DNA from: Myxococcota bacterium
GTDB taxonomy: Bacteria > Myxococcota_A > UBA9042 > PHBI01 > JAWLBL01
NCBI GenBank assembly: GCA_041687695.1
Contig: JAWLBL010000003.1
Location: forward strand, 296,109 to 360,108
Length of the DNA stretch: 64,000 nucleotides
Direction of reading: 5' to 3'
Shown: positions 35,876-47,778 of the stretch, in pieces
Layout of the letters: each line of letters starts with the position of its first letter
How positions within the stretch are numbered: position 1 is the first letter of the stretch
The notes under the pieces: generated by a model
Database searches by the model: none
What the model saw: the letters and a program-made list of their open reading frames with translations, nothing else
What the model was told of the DNA's origin: nothing
Position numbers and translations under genes: made by a program

Positions 35876-37387
35876 CTATGAAAAAGGTGGCGAGAGGGCG
35901 GCGTCGGTGACGGGGGCGTGAAGGTCGGTGACGGGCGCGGAGGGCAGGGCGACCCAGAAGCGCGAGCCGTGGGGGGTGACCGCCTCGACGCCGACCTCGC
36001 CGTCCATGGCCTCGGCGAGGTGCTTGACGATGGCGAGCCCGAGGCCGGTGCCGCCTGTCTCGTGGGACGCGCCGCCGGCGCGCGCGCGGCCGTCGTCGAC
36101 GCGGTAGAAGCGCTCGAAGATGCGGGGGCGGTGGCGCGGGTCGAGGCCCGGGCCGTCGTCGACGACGTCGATGCGGACGAGGGGGGCGGCGTCCGGCGCG
36201 TCGGCGGGGGCGGCGCGGTGGGCGGCGATGACGACGTGGCCGCCGGCGGGGGTGTACTTGAGGGCGTTGGCGACGAGGTTGGTCAGGATCTGATCGAGGG
36301 CCTGCGGGTCGGCCATGGCCCGCAGGTCGGCCGGGACGTCGATGGCGACCTGGATGTGCTTGTCCTCGGCCAGGCTGCCCAGGGCGGAGGCGGTGCGCAG
36401 GGCGGCGCGGCGGAGATCGATGGCGACCGGGGCGATGGCGTACTTGCCGGCCTCGAGGCGGGAGATGTCGAGCAGGCCGCCGATGAGGCGGGTCAGGCGC
36501 TCGGCGTTGCGGTGGATGCCGTCGACGAAGCGGCGGGCGGAGCCGGGGTCGTCCAGGGCGCCGTCGAGCAGGGTCTCGGCGTTGGCGCGGACGATGCTGA
36601 CGGGGGTGCGCAGCTCGTGGGAGACGTTGGCGACGAAGTCGCGGCGGATGCGCTCGAGGCGGCGGATCTCGGTGACGTCGTACAGGACCAGGATGCAGCC
36701 GCGGCCCGACGACAGGGGCGCGGCGTGGGCCAGGACGCGGCGCGGCGCGGGGCGGCCGGGGAGGTCGAGCTCGGCCGAGGCGGTCTGGCCGTCGAGCGCG
36801 CGATCGGCGAGCTGTTGCAGGCCCGGGACGCGCGCGAGCTCGAGCAGGGTGCGGCCGACGGCCTCGCCGCGCAGGCGCAGCCAGTCGACGGCGGTGCGGT
36901 TGACGAGCGTGGCCTGGCAGCCGGCGTCCAGCGCGATGACGGCCTCGCGCATGCTCTCGAGCACGGCCTGGAAGCGGTCGCGCTCGGCGGCCAGGGTCGA
37001 GACGACCCCCTCGAGGGCGTCGGCCAGGCGGTTGAACGAGCCGGCGAGGCCGCCCAGCTCGTCGCCCGTGTGGACCGACAGGCGCCCGGCGCGCTCGCCG
37101 GCCGCCACGGCGCGGGCCTTGTCGACGAGATCGCGCACGGTGCGGGCCATCAGGTGGGCCGCGAGCCCGCTCATGAAGAGCGCCAGCAGGACGCCGATGC
37201 CGGCGCCGACGAAGATCGCGACGCGCAGCGGGCCCATGGCGGCCTCGACGTCGCCGGTGCGGCCGGCGGCGCGCACGATGTCGCGCAGCTCGGTCTCGAG
37301 GTAGACCGCCGTCGCGAGGGCCGCGACGACGACGAGGGCGACCGAGACGGCGAAGAGCTTGCCGCGGATGCCGAGGCGGACGTTCAG
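35876..37387 (-). CDS. phoR: Phosphate regulon sensor kinase (2 TM, HAMP, PAS, HisKA, HATPase); probable CTG start
   Basis: RRDFVANVSHELRTP, NLVANALKY, IFERFYRVD, GTGLGLAIVKH; frame extends upstream through TM1 to CTG 37387, overlapping the phoB TGA, with GAGGAG upstream. Confidence 0.9.
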   Translation of the reverse strand: MNVRLGIRGKLFAVSVALVVVAALATAVYLETELRDIVRAAGRTGDVEAAMGPLRVAIFVGAGIGVLLALFMSGLAAHLMARTVRDLVDKARAVAAGERAGRLSVHTGDELGGLAGSFNRLADALEGVVSTLAAERDRFQAVLESMREAVIALDAGCQATLVNRTAVDWLRLRGEAVGRTLLELARVPGLQQLADRALDGQTASAELDLPGRPAPRRVLAHAAPLSSGRGCILVLYDVTEIRRLERIRRDFVANVSHELRTPVSIVRANAETLLDGALDDPGSARRFVDGIHRNAERLTRLIGGLLDISRLEAGKYAIAPVAIDLRRAALRTASALGSLAEDKHIQVAIDVPADLRAMADPQALDQILTNLVANALKYTPAGGHVVIAAHRAAPADAPDAAPLVRIDVVDDGPGLDPRHRPRIFERFYRVDDGRARAGGASHETGGTGLGLAIVKHLAEAMDGEVGVEAVTPHGSRFWVALPSAPVTDLHAPVTDAALSPPFS

Positions 37388-38103
37388 GGCGCGGTCTCCT
37401 CGTCGGGGCGCGCGCGGAAGCGGTAGCCGACCCCGCGGATGGTCTCGATGTAGTGGCCGGCCTCGCCGAGCTTCTCGCGCAGGCGCTTGACGTGCGTGTC
37501 GACCGTGCGGGTCGTGACGTCGGCGTGGATGCTCCAGACGTCGTTGAGCAGCGCGTCGCGCGACTGCACGCGGCCCTTGCGCTCGATGAAGGTGGCGAGC
37601 AGGCGGAACTCGAGGGCGGTCAGCCGGACCTCTTCGTCGTCGACCCAGGCGCGGTGGGCCGGCGGGTCCAGGCGCACCCGGCCGAAGACGACCTCGTCCT
37701 CGCGGGCGGTCTCGGCGCGCGGCGCGTCGGGGGCGTTGCGGCGCAAGAGCGCGCGGATGCGCAGGAGCAGCTCGCGGACGCTGAAGGGCTTGGTCACGTA
37801 GTCGTCGGCGCCGAGTTCGAAGCCGACGACGCGGTCGATCTCGTCGCCGCGGGCGGTCAGCATCAGGACCAGGACGCCGCGCGTGCGATCGTCCTGGCGC
37901 AGGCGCCGGCAGACCTCGGTGCCCGACAGATCGGGGAGCATCAGGTCGAGCACGACCAGGTCGGGCGGCGTCTCACGGGCCAGGGCCAGCGCCTGCTGGC
38001 CGGTGTCGGCCACCTGCGTCTCGTAGCCCTCGCGGCGCAGGTTGTACTCGAGGGTGCCGGTGATGTCGGGCTCGTCGTCGACGAGCAGAATTCGCGCGGT
38101 CAT
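37384..38103 (-). CDS. phoB: OmpR-family response regulator of the Pho regulon
   Basis: VLDLMLP, GADDYVTKPFS, RTVDTHVKRLREKL, IETIRGVGY. Confidence 0.93.
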   Translation of the reverse strand: MTARILLVDDEPDITGTLEYNLRREGYETQVADTGQQALALARETPPDLVVLDLMLPDLSGTEVCRRLRQDDRTRGVLVLMLTARGDEIDRVVGFELGADDYVTKPFSVRELLLRIRALLRRNAPDAPRAETAREDEVVFGRVRLDPPAHRAWVDDEEVRLTALEFRLLATFIERKGRVQSRDALLNDVWSIHADVTTRTVDTHVKRLREKLGEAGHYIETIRGVGYRFRARPDEETAP

Positions 38104-38145
38104 GACGGCTCTCCGGAGGCAGCGAGCGGGTGCGCTCGCGCCGTC

Positions 38146-38180
38146 CCCCTACTCTCGCCCGCGTGACAACAGCGTGACGG
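38146..38180 (-). promoter_or_regulatory. PHO box upstream of phoB (autoregulation)
   Basis: Minus strand CCGTCAC-GCTG-TTGTCAC (38163-38180), then 11 nt, then TAGGGG. Confidence 0.7.
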
Positions 38181-38204
38181 GGCCGAAACTTTCTGGGCGG
38201 CCCC

Positions 38205-38708
38205 TCAGGGCGTGTCGGGACGCAGCAGCTTCACGAGCCTCCAGCCGCCGAGGTCCGTCAGCGCGTCGCCCCAGTCCGTCGGCGGGTGCTCGAGCAGGAC
38301 GGCGTTGGCGGGGGTCATGCCGATCACCTCGCCGCTGAGCGCCGACGCCATCTGCTCCCAGCCGGGGTTGTGCCCGAGGACCAGCGCGATGCGCGCGTTC
38401 GCGGCCAGCGCGGGCAGCGTCGCGCGCACCTCGGCGAGCCCGGCGTGGTACAGCAGGCCGGTGAAGCGGGGCTGGACGGCGGCGCCGAGGGCCGGCGCGA
38501 GGGCCTCCCAGGTCTCGCGCGTGCGGAGGGCGTCGCTGGAGACGACGACGTCCGGAACCCAGCCGAGGGCGCGCAGCCGCTGGCCGACGGTCGGGGCGTC
38601 GACGCGGCCGCGGGCGCTGAGCGGGCGGTCGTGGTCGTCGGTGTCGGCCGGCCAGGCGCTCTTGGCGTGGCGGAGGACGATGAGACGCAAGGGCGCGGTC
38701 TGGCTCAT
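38205..38708 (-). CDS. sixA: SixA-like phosphohistidine phosphatase
   Basis: LRHAKS, DHDRPLSARG, SSDALRTRET, LGHNPG. Confidence 0.88.
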   Translation of the reverse strand: MSQTAPLRLIVLRHAKSAWPADTDDHDRPLSARGRVDAPTVGQRLRALGWVPDVVVSSDALRTRETWEALAPALGAAVQPRFTGLLYHAGLAEVRATLPALAANARIALVLGHNPGWEQMASALSGEVIGMTPANAVLLEHPPTDWGDALTDLGGWRLVKLLRPDTP

Positions 38709-38754
38709 GCGGGCGGGCTCGTGGGCGGTCGGCGTGGCGCGTGCGCCGGGGAGT

Positions 38755-40836
38755 CTAACGCAACCAAGGGCCGATGAGGGACCATAGACCGAGGTGCGAG
38801 AAGTCGGTCTTGACCAGGTAGCCGTCGGCGCCGGCCGCCAGGGCGCGCTCGCGGTCGCGGTCGCGGCCGCGCATCGACACGACCAGGATGGGCACGCGCC
38901 GGCCGCCCTGGTCCGCCTGCGTCGCGCGCGCGGCGCGGATGAAGGCGAGGCCGTCCATGTGGGGCATCTCGATGTCGGTCAGGACGAGGTCCACGTCGTC
39001 GGAGCGGCGGAGGCGGTCGAGGGCCTCGGCGCCGTCGGCGGCCTCGATGACGCGGGCGCCGTGGGCGCGCAGGCTGTCGGCGACGAGATCGCGGACGACC
39101 GGCGAGTCGTCGGCGACCAGGACGGTGGGCAGGCGCGCCGGGGCTGAGGGGGGAGGGGCGGCAGGGGCGTAGGCCAGGGCGACGAGGGCGCGGACCTCGA
39201 GGGCGAGGGCGAGGCCGCCGTCGTCCTGGGGGACGACGCCGCGGACCAGCGGGTGGGCGGCGAAGACGGGGTGGCCGCTCTTGGTGAGCATGGCGCGCTC
39301 GACGTGGCCGGTGGTGCCCGCCAGGGCGGCGCGGCGCCCGCCGCTGTCGACGACGACGAGGCGCGGCGGGCCGCCGTCGGCGCTCGCGCGGGCGGACGTG
39401 GGGACGTCGAGGGCCGTCGGCAGGTCGAGGACGGGGACGAGCGCGCCCTCGTAGGCGATGGCGCGCGTGGCCGCGGCGTCGGGCGGGGCGGGGACGAGGG
39501 AGAGGACCGACATGGCGCGGAGGGCGTAGCGTTCGGGGCCGACGTCGAAGAGCAGGAGCGGGGTGACGGCGAGGTGGATGGGGGCGCGGATGGTGAAGGT
39601 CGCGCCTACGCCCGGGGTCGAGGCGACGGTCAGGTCGCCGCCGATCGCCTCGAGGCCGGCCAGGGCGGCGTCGAGGCCCAGGCCGCGGCCGGAGGTGGGC
39701 GTCACGGCGCCGCGGGTGGACAGGCCGGGGGCGAACAGCAGGCGCAGGGTGGCGGCTTCGTCGAGGGTGGCGGCCTCGGCGGCGGGGACGAGCCCGCGTT
39801 CGAGCGCGCGGCGGCGGACGGCGGCGAGGTCCACGCCGGCGCCGTCGTCGGTGACCGAGAGCTCGAGCGTGTCGGCCGACAGGCGCGCGCTCAAGGTGAC
39901 GAGGCCCTCGGGCGGCTTGCCGCGGGCCCGGCGGACGTCCGGGGGCTCGACGCCGTGGTCGACGGCGTTGCGGACGAGGTGCAGGAGCGGCTCGGCCAGC
40001 GCGTCGGCGACGGCGCGGTCGACCTCGAGGGCGTGGCCGTGGACCTCGAGGCGAAGCTGGCGGCCCAGGGCGCGGGCCAGGTCTCGGGCCTCGCGGGGCC
40101 AGGGGTCGAGGAGGGCGGAGAGCGGGACCAGGCGCAGGCCGCGGCTGGCGGCGTCCAGCTCGGCGGCGAGGCGGTCGATCTGGCGGTCGTCGGCGCGCAG
40201 GCGGGCCTCGAGGCCGGAGAGGGCGTCGACCAGCGCGCCGAGGGCGGCGGCGGGGCCGTCGGCGGGCCCGGCGCCGGCCGAGGAGCGGGCGGGCAGGGCG
40301 GCGGCGGCGCGGTCGCGGGCGGCGCGCAGCTCGGTGGCGGAGCGGGCGACGCGGGCGCGGACGAGCAGGAGGTCGCCGAGGAGGTCGCGCAGGCGGTCGA
40401 CCTGCGCGGCCGAGACGCGGACGGCGGGGCGGGCGCGCGGGGGCGGGTCGGCAGGGGTGGCGGGGGCGCCGGGCGCGGCGTGGGCGGCGCGGCCCAGGAA
40501 GGCGTCGGCGTCGGGGGCCGGGGCGTCGGCGGGGCGTTGCAGGAGGGCGCCGAGGAGATCGAGCCCGCGCAGGACGTGGTCGGCGGCGGGGCCGCGCAGG
40601 GGCGGCGGGGCGGCCGAGGCGAAGGGGGCGAGGGCGTCCTCGAGGGCGTGCGCGACGTCGGCCATGGCCGCGTAGCCCATCAGGCGGGCCTCGCCCTTGA
40701 GGGTGTGGAGCTCGCGGGCGAGGTCGCGCAGGGCGCCCTGCGGAGCGCGGCCGGCGGTGACCTGCACCCAGGCGGTCGTCATGCGGACGAGCCGCTCGTC
40801 CGCGAGGGCGAGGAAGGTCTCGAGGCGTGTGGCCAT
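38755..40836 (-). CDS. cheA: Hybrid CheA kinase (Hpt, dimerisation, HATPase, CheW, REC)
   Basis: RELHTLKGEARLMG, PLLHLVRNAVDHGVE, LFAPGLST..SGRGLGL, C-terminal VADDS/LTDIEMP. Confidence 0.93.
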   Translation of the reverse strand: MATRLETFLALADERLVRMTTAWVQVTAGRAPQGALRDLARELHTLKGEARLMGYAAMADVAHALEDALAPFASAAPPPLRGPAADHVLRGLDLLGALLQRPADAPAPDADAFLGRAAHAAPGAPATPADPPPRARPAVRVSAAQVDRLRDLLGDLLLVRARVARSATELRAARDRAAAALPARSSAGAGPADGPAAALGALVDALSGLEARLRADDRQIDRLAAELDAASRGLRLVPLSALLDPWPREARDLARALGRQLRLEVHGHALEVDRAVADALAEPLLHLVRNAVDHGVEPPDVRRARGKPPEGLVTLSARLSADTLELSVTDDGAGVDLAAVRRRALERGLVPAAEAATLDEAATLRLLFAPGLSTRGAVTPTSGRGLGLDAALAGLEAIGGDLTVASTPGVGATFTIRAPIHLAVTPLLLFDVGPERYALRAMSVLSLVPAPPDAAATRAIAYEGALVPVLDLPTALDVPTSARASADGGPPRLVVVDSGGRRAALAGTTGHVERAMLTKSGHPVFAAHPLVRGVVPQDDGGLALALEVRALVALAYAPAAPPPSAPARLPTVLVADDSPVVRDLVADSLRAHGARVIEAADGAEALDRLRRSDDVDLVLTDIEMPHMDGLAFIRAARATQADQGGRRVPILVVSMRGRDRDRERALAAGADGYLVKTDFSHLGLWSLIGPWLR

Positions 40837-40845
40837 CGCGCGCCC

Positions 40846-42219
40846 TCAGCCGCCGGCGGCGCGGGCGTCGTCGCCGGGGCGCTCGGGCGCCGGGGGGCGG
40901 CGGCTGTTGCGGCGGCCGAGCCGGACGACCGCCGCGTCGCGGGGCGACGGGGTGATGAGCGCCGACAGCTCGGCGGCGAGGCGCGCGAGGCCGTCGGCCG
41001 ACCGCGAGGTCGCCTTGATGTCGGTCATCGCCTGGCCGAGCAGCTCCTTCATCTCGTCCATGCTGCGGCTGACCTGCTCGGTGGCGGCGCGCTGCTGCTG
41101 GGTCACGGTCGCGATGTCGCGCGCCGACCGCGTCGTCTCGGCGCTCGAGGCCTTGCCGTCGTGGCTGGCCCGCACCGCCTCGACGGACGACTCGCGCACC
41201 TCCTTCATCAGGGCGCGGATGCCGTCGACCGACTCGACGACGTGCTCGGACAGGCGCCGCATCTCCTTGGCGACCAGGGTGAAGCCCTGGCCGGCCTCGC
41301 CCGCCTTGGAGCCTTCGAGGGCGGCGTTGAGCGCCAACAGGTCGGTGCGGTCGGCGACCTGCATGATGCTCGCGAGCAGCTCGGCGACACGCTCGGCGTA
41401 CCGGTTGAGTTCGCCGATGCGGTCGGCGACCTCCTCGGCGCCGGCCAGGGTGGACTCGGCGTGCTCGAGGACGGTGCCGGCGCTGTCGGCGATGCGCTGG
41501 GCGGCGCTGAGCAGCACGTCCATGACGCGGCGCGTCTCCTCGACGGCGGCGGCCTCGCGGGCGGCGGCGGCCTCGCGGGCGCGGGCGGCGGCGAGCAGCG
41601 CGCGCGAGGTGGCCGAGAGCTGGCGCGACGTCTCGCGCAGCGGGCGGGCGAGGCTGGCGCTGAGCAGCCAGGCGAGGGCGACGCCGCCGGCCATGATGAC
41701 CAGGCTGACGACGAGGGCGAGGCGGGCGCTGGCGCGGCGCTCGGCGAGGATGAAGGCGCGCGAGAAGCCGCCGACCAGGGTGCCCACGAGCGCGCCGTCG
41801 CCGGGCGCGCGGATGGGGACCGCCACGTGCAGGTGGTCGGGCGTGGCGAGCGCGGTGCGGGTCGGGACGAGCCGGCGCAGCGAGTCGGCCTCGGGGACGG
41901 GCGGGCCGGAGGTGCGGCGGAGGGCGACCTCGCCGCTGGGGCCGATGACGGTCAGGTAGATCAGCTCGGGGTCGCCCTGGACGGCCGCCGCGAACGCGCG
42001 CCGGAGGTCTGCCAGGTCGCTCGGGCCCTGGCCGACGACCGGCCCGGCGTGGTCGGCCAGGGTGGTGAGCCAGCTGAAGGCGCGCTGCTCGAGCGCCGCG
42101 TCGGCGACGGCCTCCTGGCGCGCCGGGACGAACACCGCGAAGAAGGTGGCGATGCACGCGATCGGCACCGCGATCGCCGCGATGACCCGGGTCTGCAGGC
42201 CGAGGCGCGTCAGCGTCAT
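40846..42219 (-). CDS. Methyl-accepting chemotaxis protein (2 TM, short signalling domain)
   Basis: VADRTDLLALNAALEGSKAGEAGQGFTLVAKEMRRL. Confidence 0.92.
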   Translation of the reverse strand: MTLTRLGLQTRVIAAIAVPIACIATFFAVFVPARQEAVADAALEQRAFSWLTTLADHAGPVVGQGPSDLADLRRAFAAAVQGDPELIYLTVIGPSGEVALRRTSGPPVPEADSLRRLVPTRTALATPDHLHVAVPIRAPGDGALVGTLVGGFSRAFILAERRASARLALVVSLVIMAGGVALAWLLSASLARPLRETSRQLSATSRALLAAARAREAAAAREAAAVEETRRVMDVLLSAAQRIADSAGTVLEHAESTLAGAEEVADRIGELNRYAERVAELLASIMQVADRTDLLALNAALEGSKAGEAGQGFTLVAKEMRRLSEHVVESVDGIRALMKEVRESSVEAVRASHDGKASSAETTRSARDIATVTQQQRAATEQVSRSMDEMKELLGQAMTDIKATSRSADGLARLAAELSALITPSPRDAAVVRLGRRNSRRPPAPERPGDDARAAGG

Positions 42220-42277
42220 GGCGACCGGTATCCCACGCCGCCCGCGACAACGCCAGTCAGGGCCAGCCAGGGGCCGG

Positions 42278-42748
42278 TCAGGGCCCGGCCGCCACCGCCC
42301 GCAACACCGCCTGCGCGAGCGCCTCCGGGTCGACCACCCGCGCCGCCCGCCCCCGCCAGCTCACCTCGCCGCGCGTCCAGTCCGGGCCCCGGTCCCCCGC
42401 CGCCGCCGCCGCCACCGCCTCGACCTCGACCACTCCGACCGCCTCGTCCGCGACCAGGGCCACCTCGCCCTCCGCCCCGCCCACCACGACCAGCCGCGGC
42501 AACATGGCCCCGGGCGTCGCCGCCTCCTCCTCACCCAGCAGCCGCTGCGCCGACACCACCGGCAGCGGCCGCCCCTCGATCACCGTCAGCCCGACCAGCC
42601 ACGCCGGCGACCTGGGCGCCCGCGCCACCGCCCCCAGCGTGACGACCTGCCGCACCGCCGCCGCCGGCACCGCCAGCCAATGCCCTCCGGCGCGCAGCAC
42701 CACATGCTCGCCGCCCGCCCGGTCCGCGCCCCGTTCCGCCGCTCCCAT
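42278..42748 (-). CDS. cheW: CheW-like coupling protein (start uncertain)
   Basis: LAVPAAAVRQV, PRSPAWLVGLTVIEGRPLPVV, ALVADEAVGV. Confidence 0.82.
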   Translation of the reverse strand: MGAAERGADRAGGEHVVLRAGGHWLAVPAAAVRQVVTLGAVARAPRSPAWLVGLTVIEGRPLPVVSAQRLLGEEEAATPGAMLPRLVVVGGAEGEVALVADEAVGVVEVEAVAAAAAGDRGPDWTRGEVSWRGRAARVVDPEALAQAVLRAVAAGP

Positions 42749-42854
42749 GCCATCCCGCATAGCCCAACCCCGCGTACCGAAACAAGTCACGCGTCACCGC
42801 CGCGCCTCGATGCCCCTTGCTGGCGCGCCCCCACCCCGCCTAGGATGGCCCCGC

Positions 42855-44657
42855 ATGGCCCGTCAGGCGACCATCTACCCCTACGAGCTGCTCGACCTCC
42901 TCGAGGAGCTCCAACGCGTCCGCTTCAGCGGCACGCTCACCCTCCACGCGGGCGGCGCGACCACGCTGTACGTCAACGCGGGCACGGTGCGCTACGCCCG
43001 CACGACCCGCGTCATGGGCGCCTTCCCGGCCTACCTCCTGTACCAGCGCGTCTTCTCGCGCGACCTCCTCAAGCGCGCGCTCGCCGCCTGCACCGACGAG
43101 GGCCTGACCCTCGAGCGCTACCTCATGCGCGAGCGCGTCCTCAGCCCCGAGGACCTGCGCCACCTCAAGTGCGATCTGGCCCGCGACATCTTCGCCCACG
43201 CCCTGTGCGCCTCGGGCACCGTCGAGATCCAGCCCGTGACGCGCCTGTCGTCCGAGTACAAGCAGCCGGTCCTCGACCCCTACGAGGCGCTCTTCACCTG
43301 CGCCGCCGAGCACCCCGCGCGGCCGGTCATCGCCGCCGCCTTCGAGGGCTGCGGCCACCGCCGGCTCGCCCGCGGCCCCGAGACCTTCGCGCTGCTGCCC
43401 AGCTTCCGCGCCGTCTTCGGCCGCAGCCCCGTCCTGGCGCTGCTCGGCGACGCGCCGACCGTCGACGCCGTGTTCGAGGCGCTGGCCGACGAGGACGCGC
43501 GCGAGGACGACGGACTGACCCCGGCCGACGTGCAGGCCCAGCTGTTCGCCCTGCTGCGCGCCGGGATGGCCAACCTGGACGGCGACCCGCCGCGCCGCGC
43601 CGTCCTGCGCCCGCGCCCGGAGCCCGAGGCCGCCGAGCGAGAGCCGGCGCCCGCCGCGGTCCCGGCCGCCGCCGACGACGACGATCCCGAGCTCCTCTGG
43701 CGCTCCCGCACCCCGACCCGCCCCGGCGTCCCCGTGCGCGCGTGTGGCGACGAGGCGCTGCTGGCGCGGTCCCCCGGGCTGCCCGCGTCGCCCCCGCGCC
43801 CCTCCCTCGAGCCGGCCGCCTCGCCGGTCGCCCGCGCCACGGCCTTCGCCGCGCACGCCGAGCGCACGCCCACCGGCGGCGACGTCGGCCTGCGCGACAT
43901 CCTGGTGGGCGAGAGCCTCATCGCGACCGCCGACCAGGCGCAGCAGCAGGACCGCCACGCCTTCTTCGGGCTGCGGCCGGACGCGCCGCTCAGCGCGCTG
44001 CGGGCCGCCTATCGGCGCGCGTGGAGCCAGTACGCGGCGGAGCGCTTCGAGGGCTTCGCGCTGTCGACCGAGGCGGCGGCCGCGCTGGTGCGCGTGCAGG
44101 AGCACATCGAGCGGGCGTACGACACGCTGACCGACCCGGCGCTGCGAGTCGAGCACGACCGCGTCTGGGACGTCCACGGGCCGGACGCCGCGGCGATCGA
44201 GGCCATGTTCGAGGCCGAGGCGTGCTTCGAGGAGGGCCGGGCGCGGCTCGAGGCGCGCGAGGCGCCGGAGGCCGTGGCGCTGCTGGGGCGGGCGGCGGCG
44301 CTGTGCCTCGCCGAGCCCGAGTATCCGGCGTGGCAGGCGTGGGCGCTGGTGTGCGCGAGCCTGTGGCGCCAGGAGGTGCCCGACGCGCCGGCCGACCCGC
44401 ACGTGCTGCTCGAGCGGGCGCTGGCCCTCGACGGCGAGCTGCCGTCGGCGTGGATGTTCATCGCGCGCATCGCCGAGCTGGCCGGGGACGGCGAGGCGGC
44501 GGCGCGCGCGTGGCGCCGGGTGGTCGCCGCGGAGCCCGGGCACCCCGAGGCGACCGAGGCCCTGGGCCGGCTGGGGGCGGGCGGCGCCGCGACGCCCGAC
44601 GACGAGCCGGCGACCCTGGTCGACCGCCTGGACCGGATCCTGGACCCGGTCCGCTGA
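42855..44657 (+). CDS. DUF4388-like N-domain, degenerate J-domain and TPR protein
   Basis: RFSGTLTL..LYVNAGTVRYA; HAFFGL..LRAAYRR..YAAERF..AYDTLTDP; C-terminal TPR helices. Confidence 0.8.
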   Translation: MARQATIYPYELLDLLEELQRVRFSGTLTLHAGGATTLYVNAGTVRYARTTRVMGAFPAYLLYQRVFSRDLLKRALAACTDEGLTLERYLMRERVLSPEDLRHLKCDLARDIFAHALCASGTVEIQPVTRLSSEYKQPVLDPYEALFTCAAEHPARPVIAAAFEGCGHRRLARGPETFALLPSFRAVFGRSPVLALLGDAPTVDAVFEALADEDAREDDGLTPADVQAQLFALLRAGMANLDGDPPRRAVLRPRPEPEAAEREPAPAAVPAAADDDDPELLWRSRTPTRPGVPVRACGDEALLARSPGLPASPPRPSLEPAASPVARATAFAAHAERTPTGGDVGLRDILVGESLIATADQAQQQDRHAFFGLRPDAPLSALRAAYRRAWSQYAAERFEGFALSTEAAAALVRVQEHIERAYDTLTDPALRVEHDRVWDVHGPDAAAIEAMFEAEACFEEGRARLEAREAPEAVALLGRAAALCLAEPEYPAWQAWALVCASLWRQEVPDAPADPHVLLERALALDGELPSAWMFIARIAELAGDGEAAARAWRRVVAAEPGHPEATEALGRLGAGGAATPDDEPATLVDRLDRILDPVR

Positions 44658-44660
44658 GCC

Positions 44661-45110
44661 TCACCGGCGCGGGCCTTCGAGGCGCTCGGGCGCGATGACG
44701 ACCGCCTCGGACGCGTCCGGGTGGACGAAGTCCGCGATGACGCGGTGGGTGACCTGGTTCAGCCAGCCGCGCAGCGTCTCGGACAGCTCGCGGTACTCGG
44801 GCCACAGCACCTCGTCGACGAAGCGCTTGGAGACCCGCACCATGACCGTGTTGAACTGCTGCGCCTTGTAGCGATAGGGCTCGAGTCCATAGCGGCGCAG
44901 CAGCGCCAGGAACAGCTTCCGATCCCACTCGTCGATGAGCGAGAAGCTGTATTCGACCGGCGGGTCCTCGCGCTCGAGCTGACGCAGGCGATGGAGCACC
45001 CGGGCGCGCGCCTCGGCGGCGGCCTCCTGCTCTCCGCGGGTCGCGGCGCCGGACAGCAGGGCCTGGATGCGCGCGAGCTTGTCGCGCAGTTTGGCGGCGT
45101 CGATGCCCAT
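44661..45110 (-). CDS. Conserved hypothetical protein (DUF2786-like N-terminal hairpin)
   Basis: LRDKLARIQALLSGAATRGEQEAA; FLALLRRYGLEPYRY; FVDEVLWPEY. Confidence 0.72.
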   Translation of the reverse strand: MGIDAAKLRDKLARIQALLSGAATRGEQEAAAEARARVLHRLRQLEREDPPVEYSFSLIDEWDRKLFLALLRRYGLEPYRYKAQQFNTVMVRVSKRFVDEVLWPEYRELSETLRGWLNQVTHRVIADFVHPDASEAVVIAPERLEGPRR

Positions 45111-45294
45111 GACGCCACCATGCCCGCAGGCCCGATCGCGCGCAACGGCCCCGCGTAACCCGCTGCAAGCCTCGACGCGTGGACCTCGCCGCGGCCCCTG
45201 CGTTAACCTGGCCGAATCAGGACGGCCACGGTCCGATTGGGGAGCAACGGATCGCGCGCCCCCGTCTGGGACCCTCGTCGAAGGACACGAAGCC

Positions 45295-47774
<2,480 letters not shown>

Positions 47775-47778
<4 letters not shown>

